In this document: one piece after another, positions 1 through 9,493 of the stretch
Layout of the letters: every line of letters begins with the position of its first letter
How positions within the stretch are numbered: position 1 is the first letter of the stretch
Source: Ilumatobacteraceae bacterium
Lineage (GTDB): Bacteria; Actinomycetota; Acidimicrobiia; Acidimicrobiales; Ilumatobacteraceae
NCBI GenBank assembly: GCA_040401815.1
Contig: JBBANT010000001.1
Coordinates: 34,521-98,520, forward strand
Length of the DNA stretch: 64,000 nucleotides
Reading direction: 5' to 3'
Notes under the pieces: generated by a model
The model's database searches: none
Told to the model about the DNA's origin: nothing
Seen by the model: only the letters and a program-made list of their open reading frames with translations
Position numbers and translations under genes: made by a program

Positions 1-1
1 G

Positions 2-205
2 GGGTTCGTGCACCGCGCCTATGGCGAAGACACCGAGTTTTTCGAGCGGGCCACGGCACGGGTAGTGGTGGCCCGGGTGCCATGGCCGACGTATCGCTAT
101 TACCGCGATACGCCCGACAGCATCGTGACCAAAGAGCTCGGCACCGTCCCGGGTAATGGCATAGCTAACGGCACAGCCACAGGTGGGAATCCGCCAGGAC
201 AGTAG
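2..205 (+). CDS. 3' end of a gene entering from the left edge; glycosyltransferase-like C-terminal tail (weak call)
   Basis: The frame is open from base 2 to TAG 203-205. YGEDTEFFERA...VPWPTYRYYRDTPDSI resembles the tail of family-2 glycosyltransferases. The N-terminus lies outside the window. Confidence 0.3.
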   Translation, partial: GFVHRAYGEDTEFFERATARVVVARVPWPTYRYYRDTPDSIVTKELGTVPGNGIANGTATGGNPPGQ

Positions 206-234
206 TCGGCACGTAGTCGGCACGTAATCGGCAC
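202..234. repeat. Three tandem copies of an 11-bp unit GTAGTCGGCAC (third copy GTAATCGGCAC), followed by a partial fourth copy
   Basis: Read directly at 202-212, 213-223 and 224-234. The first copy contains the stop codon of the upstream gene. Confidence 0.9.
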
Positions 235-322
235 GTGTGACGGGCGCAAAATGCCCGTATCCTTCATTGCTCGGGTGTGTGCCGCTACCGAGGTGCGCTC
301 GCCAGATCGAAAGGCCATAGAC

Positions 323-769
323 ATGCGAACATTTTCAGCAAAGCCAAGTGACGTGCAACGCGCCTGGCATGTGATTGATGCTGAAGGTCTCGTGCTCGGC
401 CGCATGTGCACGCAGGTCGCTGTGTTGTTGCGCGGCAAGCACAAGCCAACTTTCACCCCCAGCCTCGACACCGGTGACCATGTCATCATCATCAATGCAT
501 CCAAGGTGGTCATGACGAGTGGTAAGGCCGACGACAAGATCGTGGCTCGCCACAGCGGTTACCCAGGTGGTATTCGCGTTGAGTCGTATGCCAAGTTTCT
601 TGACCGCAAGCCGGCTGACGCAATCACGCGCACGGTGCACGGCATGTTGCCCAAGGGCCGCCTTGGTCGTGCGATGATCAAGAAGTTGCAGGTGTACGGC
701 GGTGCCGAGCACCCACACGTCGCCCAACAGCCCAAGCCCGTCGACATGAGCGACGCCAAGGCTCGCTAA
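323..769 (+). CDS. rplM: 50S ribosomal protein L13
   Basis: MRTFSAKPSDVQRAWHVIDAEGLVLGR...HSGYPGGI is typical L13. The ATG at 323 is preferred over the ORF-track start at 251. It is followed by rpsI, as in most bacteria. Confidence 0.95.
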   Translation: MRTFSAKPSDVQRAWHVIDAEGLVLGRMCTQVAVLLRGKHKPTFTPSLDTGDHVIIINASKVVMTSGKADDKIVARHSGYPGGIRVESYAKFLDRKPADAITRTVHGMLPKGRLGRAMIKKLQVYGGAEHPHVAQQPKPVDMSDAKAR

Positions 770-815
770 CTCGCACAACAACTAACGAACATCGCACGAG
801 AGGAAACACATCACC

Positions 816-1211
816 ATGGGCTCCAAGCCACTCACCCAAACCACCGGCCGCCGCAAGAGCGCAGTGTCGCGTGTTCGTCTGCGTCCTGGCTCGGGCAAAG
901 TGACCGTCAACGGTCGCACGTTCGCTGAATATTTCCCCACCGCAATTCACCGCAACAACGCCACCGAGGCGTTGCGCATCACCGAACAACTGCAGACCTA
1001 CGACGTTGATGTCGACATCATCGGCGGTGGCATCTCTGGTCAGTCGGGTGCGATGCGTTTGGCAGTGGCTCGTTCGCTCGTTGAGCTCGACCCAGAGTGC
1101 CGTCCGGCGCTGAAGCGTGCTGGGTTGCTGGCTCGTGACTCGCGCAAGAAGGAAAGCAAGAAGTACGGTCTGAAAAAAGCCCGCAAGGCGCCGCAGTACA
1201 CCAAGCGATAA
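816..1211 (+). CDS. rpsI: 30S ribosomal protein S9
   Basis: GRRKSAVSRVRLRPGSGKVTVNGR... with the C-terminal KKARKAPQYTKR signature. A GAGAGGA Shine-Dalgarno sequence lies upstream. Confidence 0.95.
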   Translation: MGSKPLTQTTGRRKSAVSRVRLRPGSGKVTVNGRTFAEYFPTAIHRNNATEALRITEQLQTYDVDVDIIGGGISGQSGAMRLAVARSLVELDPECRPALKRAGLLARDSRKKESKKYGLKKARKAPQYTKR

Positions 1212-1295
1212 TTTCGCGGCTCGGCATCACGATGCCGTTCAGCAGTGTGTGGTGCTCCATATTGGGGCTCTGCGACGGGCAAGATGGTCATTGAC

Positions 1296-2606
1296 ATGTT
1301 GCAGTTTGGAACCGATGGCGTGCGCGGTCGCGTAGGTGTAGATCTCCACGACGCCGATGTAGCACGGCTCGGGGTGGCAGTTGCCCGTGAATGGCCGGGC
1401 ACCCAAATAGTGATTGGTCACGACGGTCGCGAAAGCGGTGCGGCCTGGTTGGCTGCGTTTGCCAGTGGTGTTGTCACGCAAGGCAATGTGGTGGTGAACG
1501 CCGGTGTGGTGCCCACGCCTGCACTTGCCTTGGCGGCACGCGACAATGCCTGTGTCGCGGTAGCGATTACGGCTTCGCACAATCTTTGGCACGACAACGG
1601 GGTCAAAGTGTTTGCCCCGGGTGGACGAAAGTTGTCAGACGACGAGCAGCATCGCATCGAGTTGCTGTGGCAGTCGAGTGAATTGGTGCCAACTCTTGAG
1701 CCGGTTGGCGTCAATGTGGTATCGCCACACGTTGCGCATAGTTATGTGGCAGCCCTCACCCGCGGCTTGAGCCTCGACAGTTTTGGTGGCCGTGAAATTT
1801 TGATTGATTGTGCCAATGGTGCCACCAGCACGGTGGCGTCGTCGGTGATGCAAGCACTGCAGATTCGTGCCGATATTCGTCATGCCGAGCCCAGCGGGCG
1901 CAACATCAACGACGGATGTGGTGCCACTCATCCTGAAACACTGAGTGCCGAATGTGTGCGACGTGGTGTGATCGGCATTGCCTTCGACGGCGATGGCGAC
2001 CGCTTGATTGCTGTTGATGAACAAGGCCATGTGGTTGACGGCGATTGCCTAATTGCACTCGCAGCGGTGGATTTGCTGGATCGTGGTGTGTTGACCCACA
2101 ACACGGTGGTGGTCACAAGCATGACCAACCTTGGCTTCCACCGCGCGATGGCTGCGCACAACATCACCGTGGTGACCACCGATGTGGGTGACCGCGCCGT
2201 GCTGGTGGCGATGGAGGCCGGTGGCTATGTACTGGGTGGCGAACAAAGTGGGCATCTCATCCATGCTCTGCACGCCACCACGGGTGACGGTATGTTGTCG
2301 GCACTTCTGCTGCTCGACGTAGTGCGTCGTAGTGGCCGCTCGCTGTCTGACTTGGCAAGTGCTGCAATGCAACGTTTACCGCAGGTGTTGCGCAACGTGC
2401 GAGTGAGTGTGAAGCCTTCCAACATCGAGTTGCTGTTGGCCGACGAACTGCAACGTGAGCGAGCGTTACTTGGCAACGATGGTCGCATCGTGTTGCGCAC
2501 CTCGGGCACCGAACCAGTGGTGCGCATCATGGTGGAAGCCGTGTCCATAGCCCTCGCTGACGAAGTAACCACGCGACTTGAGCAAGTCGTGCGCTCGCGT
2601 ACCTAG
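1296..2606 (+). CDS. glmM: Phosphoglucosamine mutase
   Basis: MLQFGTDGVRG N-terminus, the active-site serine loop TASHNLWHDNGVK, the Mg loop FDGDGDR and GGEQSGH are all present. The start could instead be the ATG at 1284. Confidence 0.93.
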   Translation: MLQFGTDGVRGRVGVDLHDADVARLGVAVAREWPGTQIVIGHDGRESGAAWLAAFASGVVTQGNVVVNAGVVPTPALALAARDNACVAVAITASHNLWHDNGVKVFAPGGRKLSDDEQHRIELLWQSSELVPTLEPVGVNVVSPHVAHSYVAALTRGLSLDSFGGREILIDCANGATSTVASSVMQALQIRADIRHAEPSGRNINDGCGATHPETLSAECVRRGVIGIAFDGDGDRLIAVDEQGHVVDGDCLIALAAVDLLDRGVLTHNTVVVTSMTNLGFHRAMAAHNITVVTTDVGDRAVLVAMEAGGYVLGGEQSGHLIHALHATTGDGMLSALLLLDVVRRSGRSLSDLASAAMQRLPQVLRNVRVSVKPSNIELLLADELQRERALLGNDGRIVLRTSGTEPVVRIMVEAVSIALADEVTTRLEQVVRSRT

Positions 2607-2619
2607 GTAGAATTGGGGT

Positions 2620-5600
2620 ATGTGCGGCATTATCGCGGTGTTGTCGCGCCCCGAAACTCGCCCAGTTCCTGTGGCACAAGACTTGCTGGCCCAGCTGGAT
2701 TCGCTGCTTGCCGACTGGGCGCTGGCCAGTGAATCACTGCCATCTGATGACCAGTTGCACACGATGGCTACTGCCGCTGCTGGGGTGGATGCCACCTTGC
2801 GTGGCGACGCTGGGATGTGGCTCATGGCCGGTAACCGCGAGTTCATTGCAGCACTCACCAACCGGCTCGACCAACTCGACGCGCACCTCGCCCGCAGCGA
2901 CCAGCAGCTTGAGCACCGTATTGAACACGCCGATGCCTCAGTGAGCGCAGCAGCGCTTGAACGCACTACCAATTTGCTGACTGCCGTACGCGACGCCACA
3001 TGGTCGCTGCGTAAAGATCGCATTCGTACCGCGTTGGCAGTGGATGGTTTGGCAGGCGTAGGGGCAAGCCGCTCGGCGCTGGCCGCGTATTTGTCGATTC
3101 AGCAGGTGTTGTCGGCCATCGACCGCCTTGAAGTGCGCGGTCGGGATTCTGCCGGTGTGCACGTCATGGTGTGGAGTCATGGCTTAACCACCGACGATGC
3201 GGGAGTCGCAGGTTTGCTCGGTAGCCGCCACGACGACAGTTTGTTTACGTCTCGCTCGGTGCGTGTGACACGCAACGCGTGGTCGTTTGTGTATAAAGCA
3301 GCCGCCGAAATCGGTGAACTGGGCGACAACACCCGCGTGATGCGAACTGCAATTGTCGACGACGACTTGTTGCGCTTGTTGGTGAGCCAGCCCGGTGCCC
3401 GAGTTGGGGTGTTGGGGCACACTCGTTGGGCCAGCGTTGGCATCATCTCTGAACCCAATGCGCATCCGGTGAACAGTGAAGAACTCGAATCAGCCGCCGA
3501 CGCTGCGTATCTCGTTGCCGCGCTCAACGGCGATGTCGACAACCATGCAGATTTGCGCGCCCGCCACGAATTGCGCCTAGCTCAACCCATCACCACCGAT
3601 GCCAAGGTGATTCCGGCACTCGTGTCGCGCAGTTTGGCCAAAGGTGCGACGTTGCCCGAAGCATTTCGCGAAACCGTGGCAAGTTTCGACGGCTCGGTGG
3701 CAATTGCCGCTGCGTCAGCCGAGCAGCCCGAGATGTTGTTGTTGGCGTTGAAAGGCAGTGGTCAGGGCTTGTGCGTTGGGTTGGCTGACAATCGTTTTAT
3801 TGTGGCCAGCGAGCCGTACGGGGTGGTCGAAGAAACCCAGCGCTACGTGCGAATGGATGGTGAATCTTTGGCCGATGCCAGCCGTCCGTCTAGCCGTGGG
3901 CAAGTCATGGTGCTGGATGCAGCACACGCTGGCTCGCCAGACGGCATCACGTTGGTGGCTTATGACGGCACGCCGATCGACCTCGGTGCGCACAACATGC
4001 TTACTGCCGAAGTCACCACTCGCGACATTGATCGCGGCGCACACCATCACTTTTTGGCCAAAGAAATCAACGAAGCACCACGCAGTTTTGCCAAAACGTT
4101 GCGCGGCAGGATTGTCGAACGCAATTCACAACTCAGTGTGACGCTCGACGACTCGCAGTTGCCCAAGCGCATCGTCGACGAGCTTGCTGCCGGCTCGTTG
4201 CGCCGGGTCAGGGTTATCGGCCAGGGCACTGCGGCAATTGCTGGTCGCTCGCTGGCCAACTTGTTGAGTCAACTCACCCAAGATCGTCTGCGCGTCGATG
4301 CGTTACCCGCAACCGAGTTGTCGGGTTTCGGTCTGACCCTCGACATGAGCGACACATTGATTATTGCCATCAGCCAGAGCGGCACTACGACCGACACCAA
4401 TCGCACCGTCGACTTGGCACGTTCACGTGGGGCTCGAGTGCTGGCCGTGGTGAACCGTCGTGGCAGCGAGCTTTCGGCCAAAGCCGATGGAGTCATCTAT
4501 ACGTCAGACGGTCGCGATGTGGAAATGAGCGTGGCCAGCACGAAGGCCTTTTATGCCCAAGTGGCTGCCGGGGCGATTGTTGCCTGTGCGATTGCCCAAA
4601 CAATTGGCGCTGGTTCACCCGAAGATCGCCACAATCTGCTGACGGCATTGCGCTCGTTGCCAGATGCGCTGGGCGAAGTGTTGCAGTCGCGCCCCAAGAT
4701 TGCCGATGCAGCACGCACGTTTGCCACATCGCGTCGCTACTGGACCGTCGTCGGCAACGGCCCCAACGCTGTCGCTGCCGAAGAAGTGCGCATCAAATTG
4801 AGCGAGCTGTGTTACAAATCAATTGCCTGCGACATCACCGAGGACAAAAAGCACATCGACTTGTCGTGCGAACCGTTGATCTTCGTCTGTGCTGCTGGTT
4901 TGAGTGGCGGCACCGCAACCGATGTCGCCAAAGAAGTTGAGATCTATCGCGCCCACAAGGCGCTGCCGATTGTTGTAGCCACTATTGGTGAGCAGCGGTT
5001 TACAGCAGCCGCAGCCGTGATTGAAGTGCCAGTGGTGGACCCACGCGTGGCGTTTGTGTTGTCGGTGATGGTTGGGCATTTGTTCGGCTACGAAGCCGCT
5101 CTCGCGATTGATGCATTGGCTCGTCCGCTGCGCCAAACCCGCGAAGTGGTCGAGCACGCAGTAGAGCGTGGCGGTCAGGGCTCGGCGCTGTTGACCAAGG
5201 TGCACGGCGAAATTGGTGTCGCAGCTAATCGGTTCTTCGACGCACTTTCCACTGGCACCTACGACGGCAACCTCGAAGCGTCGACTGCGGTGCGCGTGGT
5301 TGGCATGTTGCGCACGGTGATGTCGGCCAACCCGTTGCAGTCGTATCAACGCGACTTCGGCAAAATTGCCACCCCTGAAGCACTGCTTGACGACATCATC
5401 GCGGCCTTGACTCGCGCCATCGACGAACTCACGCGCCCAATTGACGCCATCAAGCACCAAGCAAAAACGATCACGGTCGGCATTTCGCGCAGCGAAGAAG
5501 GCTTGCTCGACCGCACTCTCGTGCAAGCAGTGCTCAATGCCGGCGCTGCGCGCGACCGACTGCCGTATGGCGTGTTGAAAGTGCTCGCCGATCTTGACCC

Positions 5601-6069
5601 GGCAATCAGCCAAGTGGTGGGCTTCACGCGTTATCGCATCGAAGGCGACCCGTCTTCGCCCGACTCGACGGTGATGATCGTCGACCGCGGTGGCATCGCC
5701 CGCGATCTGCAGTCGCGGGTGGATACGAGCAATGCATTGCGGGGCACTAAACGCCGTGTGGCAGTTTCGCAAGAGGTGCTGGTGGCGCGTGGGCGTCGCG
5801 ATAGTCGCACGGTGATTTTGATTCCAGAAACTAAGGGCACTGAGACCACTGGCATCACATTGGTGCACGTGTTGTTTCACGACCGGTTGCCCGCAGGCGT
5901 GATGAAGCAAGTGTTGCAGGGCTACGACAACCGCTTTGAGCGTCTTGTTGATGCTGTGACTGAAACTGAAGCAAGTTTCCGCGAAGATCGCTTGGCCGAA
6001 GTGTCGGTGGCAGACGCATTGATTTTGCCAATCACCTCGACCGCCGACATGTGGCGCGCTGGTGAATAG
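2620..6069 (+). CDS. Atypically long (1149 aa) glutamine amidotransferase class-II + double-SIS protein, GlmS-like, in the conserved glmS position
   Basis: N-terminal nucleophile MCGII. LEVRGRDSAG appears only at about aa 170. The HTRWAS and NGDVDNH amidotransferase motifs are present. SIS modules are AISQSGTTTDT and VVGNGPNAVAAEEVRIKLSE...EDKKH. About 300 extra residues follow the second SIS module. Confidence 0.8.
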   Translation: MCGIIAVLSRPETRPVPVAQDLLAQLDSLLADWALASESLPSDDQLHTMATAAAGVDATLRGDAGMWLMAGNREFIAALTNRLDQLDAHLARSDQQLEHRIEHADASVSAAALERTTNLLTAVRDATWSLRKDRIRTALAVDGLAGVGASRSALAAYLSIQQVLSAIDRLEVRGRDSAGVHVMVWSHGLTTDDAGVAGLLGSRHDDSLFTSRSVRVTRNAWSFVYKAAAEIGELGDNTRVMRTAIVDDDLLRLLVSQPGARVGVLGHTRWASVGIISEPNAHPVNSEELESAADAAYLVAALNGDVDNHADLRARHELRLAQPITTDAKVIPALVSRSLAKGATLPEAFRETVASFDGSVAIAAASAEQPEMLLLALKGSGQGLCVGLADNRFIVASEPYGVVEETQRYVRMDGESLADASRPSSRGQVMVLDAAHAGSPDGITLVAYDGTPIDLGAHNMLTAEVTTRDIDRGAHHHFLAKEINEAPRSFAKTLRGRIVERNSQLSVTLDDSQLPKRIVDELAAGSLRRVRVIGQGTAAIAGRSLANLLSQLTQDRLRVDALPATELSGFGLTLDMSDTLIIAISQSGTTTDTNRTVDLARSRGARVLAVVNRRGSELSAKADGVIYTSDGRDVEMSVASTKAFYAQVAAGAIVACAIAQTIGAGSPEDRHNLLTALRSLPDALGEVLQSRPKIADAARTFATSRRYWTVVGNGPNAVAAEEVRIKLSELCYKSIACDITEDKKHIDLSCEPLIFVCAAGLSGGTATDVAKEVEIYRAHKALPIVVATIGEQRFTAAAAVIEVPVVDPRVAFVLSVMVGHLFGYEAALAIDALARPLRQTREVVEHAVERGGQGSALLTKVHGEIGVAANRFFDALSTGTYDGNLEASTAVRVVGMLRTVMSANPLQSYQRDFGKIATPEALLDDIIAALTRAIDELTRPIDAIKHQAKTITVGISRSEEGLLDRTLVQAVLNAGAARDRLPYGVLKVLADLDPAISQVVGFTRYRIEGDPSSPDSTVMIVDRGGIARDLQSRVDTSNALRGTKRRVAVSQEVLVARGRRDSRTVILIPETKGTETTGITLVHVLFHDRLPAGVMKQVLQGYDNRFERLVDAVTETEASFREDRLAEVSVADALILPITSTADMWRAGE

Positions 6070-6087
6070 TCAGACTGGGCTGAGCGC

Positions 6088-6453
6088 ATGATCGGTGTGG
6101 GAATTGACGCCGTTGACATCGACCGGTTTCGGTCAACGTTGGAGCGTTCGCCGCGAATGGCTGATCGTTTGTTTACCGCCAGCGAACTTGAGTTGGCGGC
6201 ACGACGCGCCGATACTGCTGCGGTGTTGGCAGCACGTTTTGCTGTGCGCGAAGCAACCATGAAGGCCCTCGGCGTAGGGCTTGGTGCCTTTGACTTTAAA
6301 GATGTTTCGGTGGTGAGCAGTGGGAGCGGGCGACCGATGCTCAACGTGCAGGGCCGGGCTCGCGACTTGGCCCGCGAGTGTGGCGTGTCGGCTTGGCATG
6401 TTTCGATCACACATACCGAGCACCTTGCTATGGCCGTTGTAACCGCCGAGTAG
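6088..6453 (+). CDS. acpS: Holo-[acyl-carrier-protein] synthase
   Basis: MIGVGIDAVDIDRF...FAVREATMKALG...ISITHT is a typical 4'-phosphopantetheinyl transferase of the AcpS type. Confidence 0.9.
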   Translation: MIGVGIDAVDIDRFRSTLERSPRMADRLFTASELELAARRADTAAVLAARFAVREATMKALGVGLGAFDFKDVSVVSSGSGRPMLNVQGRARDLARECGVSAWHVSITHTEHLAMAVVTAE

Positions 6454-6466
6454 CGGCACGCCCAAC

Positions 6467-7630
6467 ATGACCACGAATCACGCCAGCAACACGGTGGATG
6501 CGGCGATGCTGGCAACGCGTGCAACGCGTGCGACTATCGACCTTGCTGCACTGCGCCACAACGTTGCCGTTCTGGCCGAACAAGCGGGCACGTTGCAGTT
6601 GTGGGCGGTGGTTAAAGCCAATGCGTACGGCCACGGCGCAGTGCAATGTGCGCAAGCAGCGCTGGCAGCCGGTGCCCACGGGCTATGCGTGGCCTTAACC
6701 CAAGAAGCTGTCGAGTTGCGCACTGCTGGCATCGACGCGCCAATCATGGTGCTGAGTGAGCAGCCCGTTTCCGACGCACCGATTCTGGTTGCCCACCGTG
6801 TGGTGTGTGTGGCCTACAACGAGCACTACATTTCCGCATTGGCTAGTGCCGCAGCCACACAGGCCGAGCGCACTCTCGTGCATCTCAAAATTGATACGGG
6901 CATGCATCGGGTGGGGGTTGCCCCAGCGGCAGCAGTTGCGCGAGCCCAGATGATTGCCCACAGCAAACATCTGGTACTTGACGGTGTGATGACCCACCTT
7001 GCCACTGCCGACGACCCCACACACAGTGCAACGATGCAGCAGGTTGCTGCATTCACCGACGCAGTGCGCGACATTCGCGCGGTAGTGCCCGACTTGCAAC
7101 ACGTGCATGTGGCCAATTCGGCGGCAACGTTGCGCGAACTTGGCATCGACTGCACGCTCGTGCGCGCAGGCATTGCGTTGTATGGCCTGCAGCCAGGCGC
7201 TGGTGTTGCGTCGCTGGTTGCAGGTTTACAACCGGTCATGGCGTTGCGCACCCGCGTGTTGCACGTGCAATGTTTGGCAGCAGGGCAGGGTGTGAGTTAT
7301 GGCTTGCGCACCGTGTTGGATCGCGACAGCACTATCGCTACCTTGCCGCTGGGTTATGCCGACGGCATTGCGCGTCGTGCTTGGCAAACCTCAGCGCGGG
7401 TGTTGGTCGGTGGTCGAGCCCGGCGCATCGTGGGTGTCGTAACGATGGATCAGATGATGGTCGACTGCGGCGATGACACGGTGGCCGTCGGTGACGAGGC
7501 GGTTATTTTCGGCACGCAAAGCCAGCAATCAATAACTGTCGACGATTGGGCCGCAGCACTCGACACGATTTCATACGAAGTGGTGTGTGCCATTTCGCCA
7601 CGTGTGCCACGCGACTTCGTGGGTGCGTAA
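6467..7630 (+). CDS. alr: Alanine racemase
   Basis: The PLP-lysine motif AVVKANAYGHGA is present. The C-terminus reads ...ISYEVVCAISPRVPR. Synteny with tsaE supports the call. Confidence 0.93.
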   Translation: MTTNHASNTVDAAMLATRATRATIDLAALRHNVAVLAEQAGTLQLWAVVKANAYGHGAVQCAQAALAAGAHGLCVALTQEAVELRTAGIDAPIMVLSEQPVSDAPILVAHRVVCVAYNEHYISALASAAATQAERTLVHLKIDTGMHRVGVAPAAAVARAQMIAHSKHLVLDGVMTHLATADDPTHSATMQQVAAFTDAVRDIRAVVPDLQHVHVANSAATLRELGIDCTLVRAGIALYGLQPGAGVASLVAGLQPVMALRTRVLHVQCLAAGQGVSYGLRTVLDRDSTIATLPLGYADGIARRAWQTSARVLVGGRARRIVGVVTMDQMMVDCGDDTVAVGDEAVIFGTQSQQSITVDDWAAALDTISYEVVCAISPRVPRDFVGA

Positions 7631-7632
7631 TC

Positions 7633-8142
7633 ATGACGGCATTGCTGCTGACATCGCATTCGCCGCAAGACACTGCGCGTTATGCAGAAATTATCGCAGC
7701 CGAATTGCGACCTCGCGATGTGTTGCTGCTGGCGGGCGATCTCGGCGCCGGTAAGACCACGTTCACCAAAGCGTTGTGTGCAGCACTTGGTGTTATCGAC
7801 ACAGTGACTTCGCCAACGTTTACGTTGGTGCACGAATATCGCGGTAGCAAACTGGTGGTGTGCCACGCCGATTTGTACCGCCTCGAGCGCACCGGTGAAC
7901 TCGCCGACTTGGGGCTCGACGACGCACGGCGGGGCGGAGCGGTGCTGGTGGTGGAATGGGGCGACTTGTCCGGCGATGAATTCACCGAAGCACTCACGTT
8001 GACGTTTACTCATGCTGGCGAAGCCGAACGCACCATCACGGTGGCGTCACGCGGCACCACCTGGGGGCCGCGTGCAACCCGGCTGTTTGCTGCGCTCGGC
8101 CAGGGTGCTGTTGGCACGCCTCAAGCAGGTGGTGAATCATGA
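7633..8142 (+). CDS. tsaE: tRNA t6A37 biosynthesis ATPase TsaE
   Basis: P-loop GDLGAGKTTFTKAL, SPTFTLVHEY and ADLYRL are present. The ATG at 7633 lies 3 nt after the alr stop. Confidence 0.9.
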   Translation: MTALLLTSHSPQDTARYAEIIAAELRPRDVLLLAGDLGAGKTTFTKALCAALGVIDTVTSPTFTLVHEYRGSKLVVCHADLYRLERTGELADLGLDDARRGGAVLVVEWGDLSGDEFTEALTLTFTHAGEAERTITVASRGTTWGPRATRLFAALGQGAVGTPQAGGES

Positions 8143-8909
8143 TCGTGCTGGGTATCGACACCGCAACGGATGTGGTGAGTGTGGCCGTGGTGGATGGCGA
8201 GGTGGTGCTTGCCGCCAGCGAGCTTCGCAGCGAGAAAAGGCACGCCGAAGACGTGACACCGATGATTGATTTTGTTGTGAAGCGCGCTGGCTTGGGGCTC
8301 AACGAGCTTGCGGCAATCGCCGTGAACGTGGGGCCTGGGCTCTTTACGGGCATGCGCGTGGGCATCGCATCGGCCCAAGCCCTGGCGTATGCACTGTCGT
8401 TGCCACTTGTGGGGGTTGACGGGTTGGCAGCCATGGCGGCTGCAGTGCCTGCAGCGACTGCTTCACACGTTGACATCGTGGTGCCAACCATCGATGCGCG
8501 ACGCAGCGAAGTGGCGTGGGCAACACACCGCGTAAATAGTGGTGGCGCACCGGAACGGGCTGATACGACACGGGATGACATGACACGTGTTGATGCAGCA
8601 CGGGTAGGCAGCATCGAAGATTTGCTGGTGGCCATTCGCGAGCGAGCCCAAAACTGCTTGCTCGTTGGCGATTTTGCTCATCGCCATCGCGACGACATCA
8701 CAGCTGCGCTCGGGGCGCAATCGTGGACCCTCGCGTTTGGCGACGACTCGTTGAATTGGCCGCACGCCAAACAGGTGGCTCTGCTGGCTCATGCACAACT
8801 GCTGCGTAGCGATGCGCATGAATCCAACTCTGGGGTTCCGACGGTGGCGGCGATGTATTTGCGCGAGGCCGATGCCGAAATCAACTGGTCACAGCGGAGC
8901 CATGCATGA
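8139..8909 (+). CDS. tsaB: tRNA t6A37 biosynthesis protein TsaB
   Basis: MIVLGIDTATDVVSVAVV...VNVGPGLFTGMRVGIA. It makes an ATGA overlap with tsaE. Confidence 0.9.
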   Translation: MIVLGIDTATDVVSVAVVDGEVVLAASELRSEKRHAEDVTPMIDFVVKRAGLGLNELAAIAVNVGPGLFTGMRVGIASAQALAYALSLPLVGVDGLAAMAAAVPAATASHVDIVVPTIDARRSEVAWATHRVNSGGAPERADTTRDDMTRVDAARVGSIEDLLVAIRERAQNCLLVGDFAHRHRDDITAALGAQSWTLAFGDDSLNWPHAKQVALLAHAQLLRSDAHESNSGVPTVAAMYLREADAEINWSQRSHA

Positions 8910-9493
8910 GCATCCTCAGCCGATTTTTGCGCCGTGACAAAACCGAGTGGGCAACCCGTGCCACAGAGAGCGCCACGCCACCAGATGCACTCACCATCGA
9001 GCCGATGCGGCGTGCGCATCTACCAGAAATTCTTCCGATTGAACTCACCGCGTATCCGCAGCCATGGAGCCAGGGCGTGTTTCAAGACGAACTCGCTATG
9101 CAAGCACGCGGCTCGCGCCACTATTTGGTGGCCAAACTTGCTGGTCGCATCGTCGGCTATGGCGGCATGATCTATATGGATACCGCTGCGCACATCACCA
9201 ATGTGGCCGTAGATGTGGCCATGCGGCGCCGCGGCATCGCAACCGAACTCATGTTGGATTTGGCGTGGGAAGCGCGTCGTGCTGGCATGGCGTCGCTCAC
9301 GCTCGAAGTGCGTGAGTCGAATGTGTCGGCACAATCGTTGTATCGAAGGTTTGGTTTTGCGCCAGTCGGAGTGCGGGCAAAGTATTATGAAAATCGCGAC
9401 GACGCCATTGTTATGTGGTGCACCGATATTCAAAGCGAGGCGTATGAAGCGCGTCTGCAAACGATCGATGCCGAACGGGGCAGCGACTCATGA
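8906..9493 (+). CDS. rimI: Ribosomal-protein-alanine N-acetyltransferase (GNAT)
   Basis: The GNAT core reads VAVDVAMRRRGIATELM...LEVRESNVSAQSLYRRFGF. The position between tsaB and tsaD is the conserved one. Confidence 0.88.
   Translation: MSILSRFLRRDKTEWATRATESATPPDALTIEPMRRAHLPEILPIELTAYPQPWSQGVFQDELAMQARGSRHYLVAKLAGRIVGYGGMIYMDTAAHITNVAVDVAMRRRGIATELMLDLAWEARRAGMASLTLEVRESNVSAQSLYRRFGFAPVGVRAKYYENRDDAIVMWCTDIQSEAYEARLQTIDAERGSDS

Noticed and set aside
1222-1237. A small hairpin CGGCAT-cacg-ATGCCG after rpsI.
   Set aside because: It has only a 6-bp stem and no U-tract, and glmM follows in the same orientation. The evidence is insufficient to call a terminator or attenuator.
2607-2619. Looked for a glmS ribozyme or leader upstream of the GlmS-like gene.
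   Set aside because: Only 13 nt separate the glmM stop from the MCG start, so there is no room for a ribozyme.
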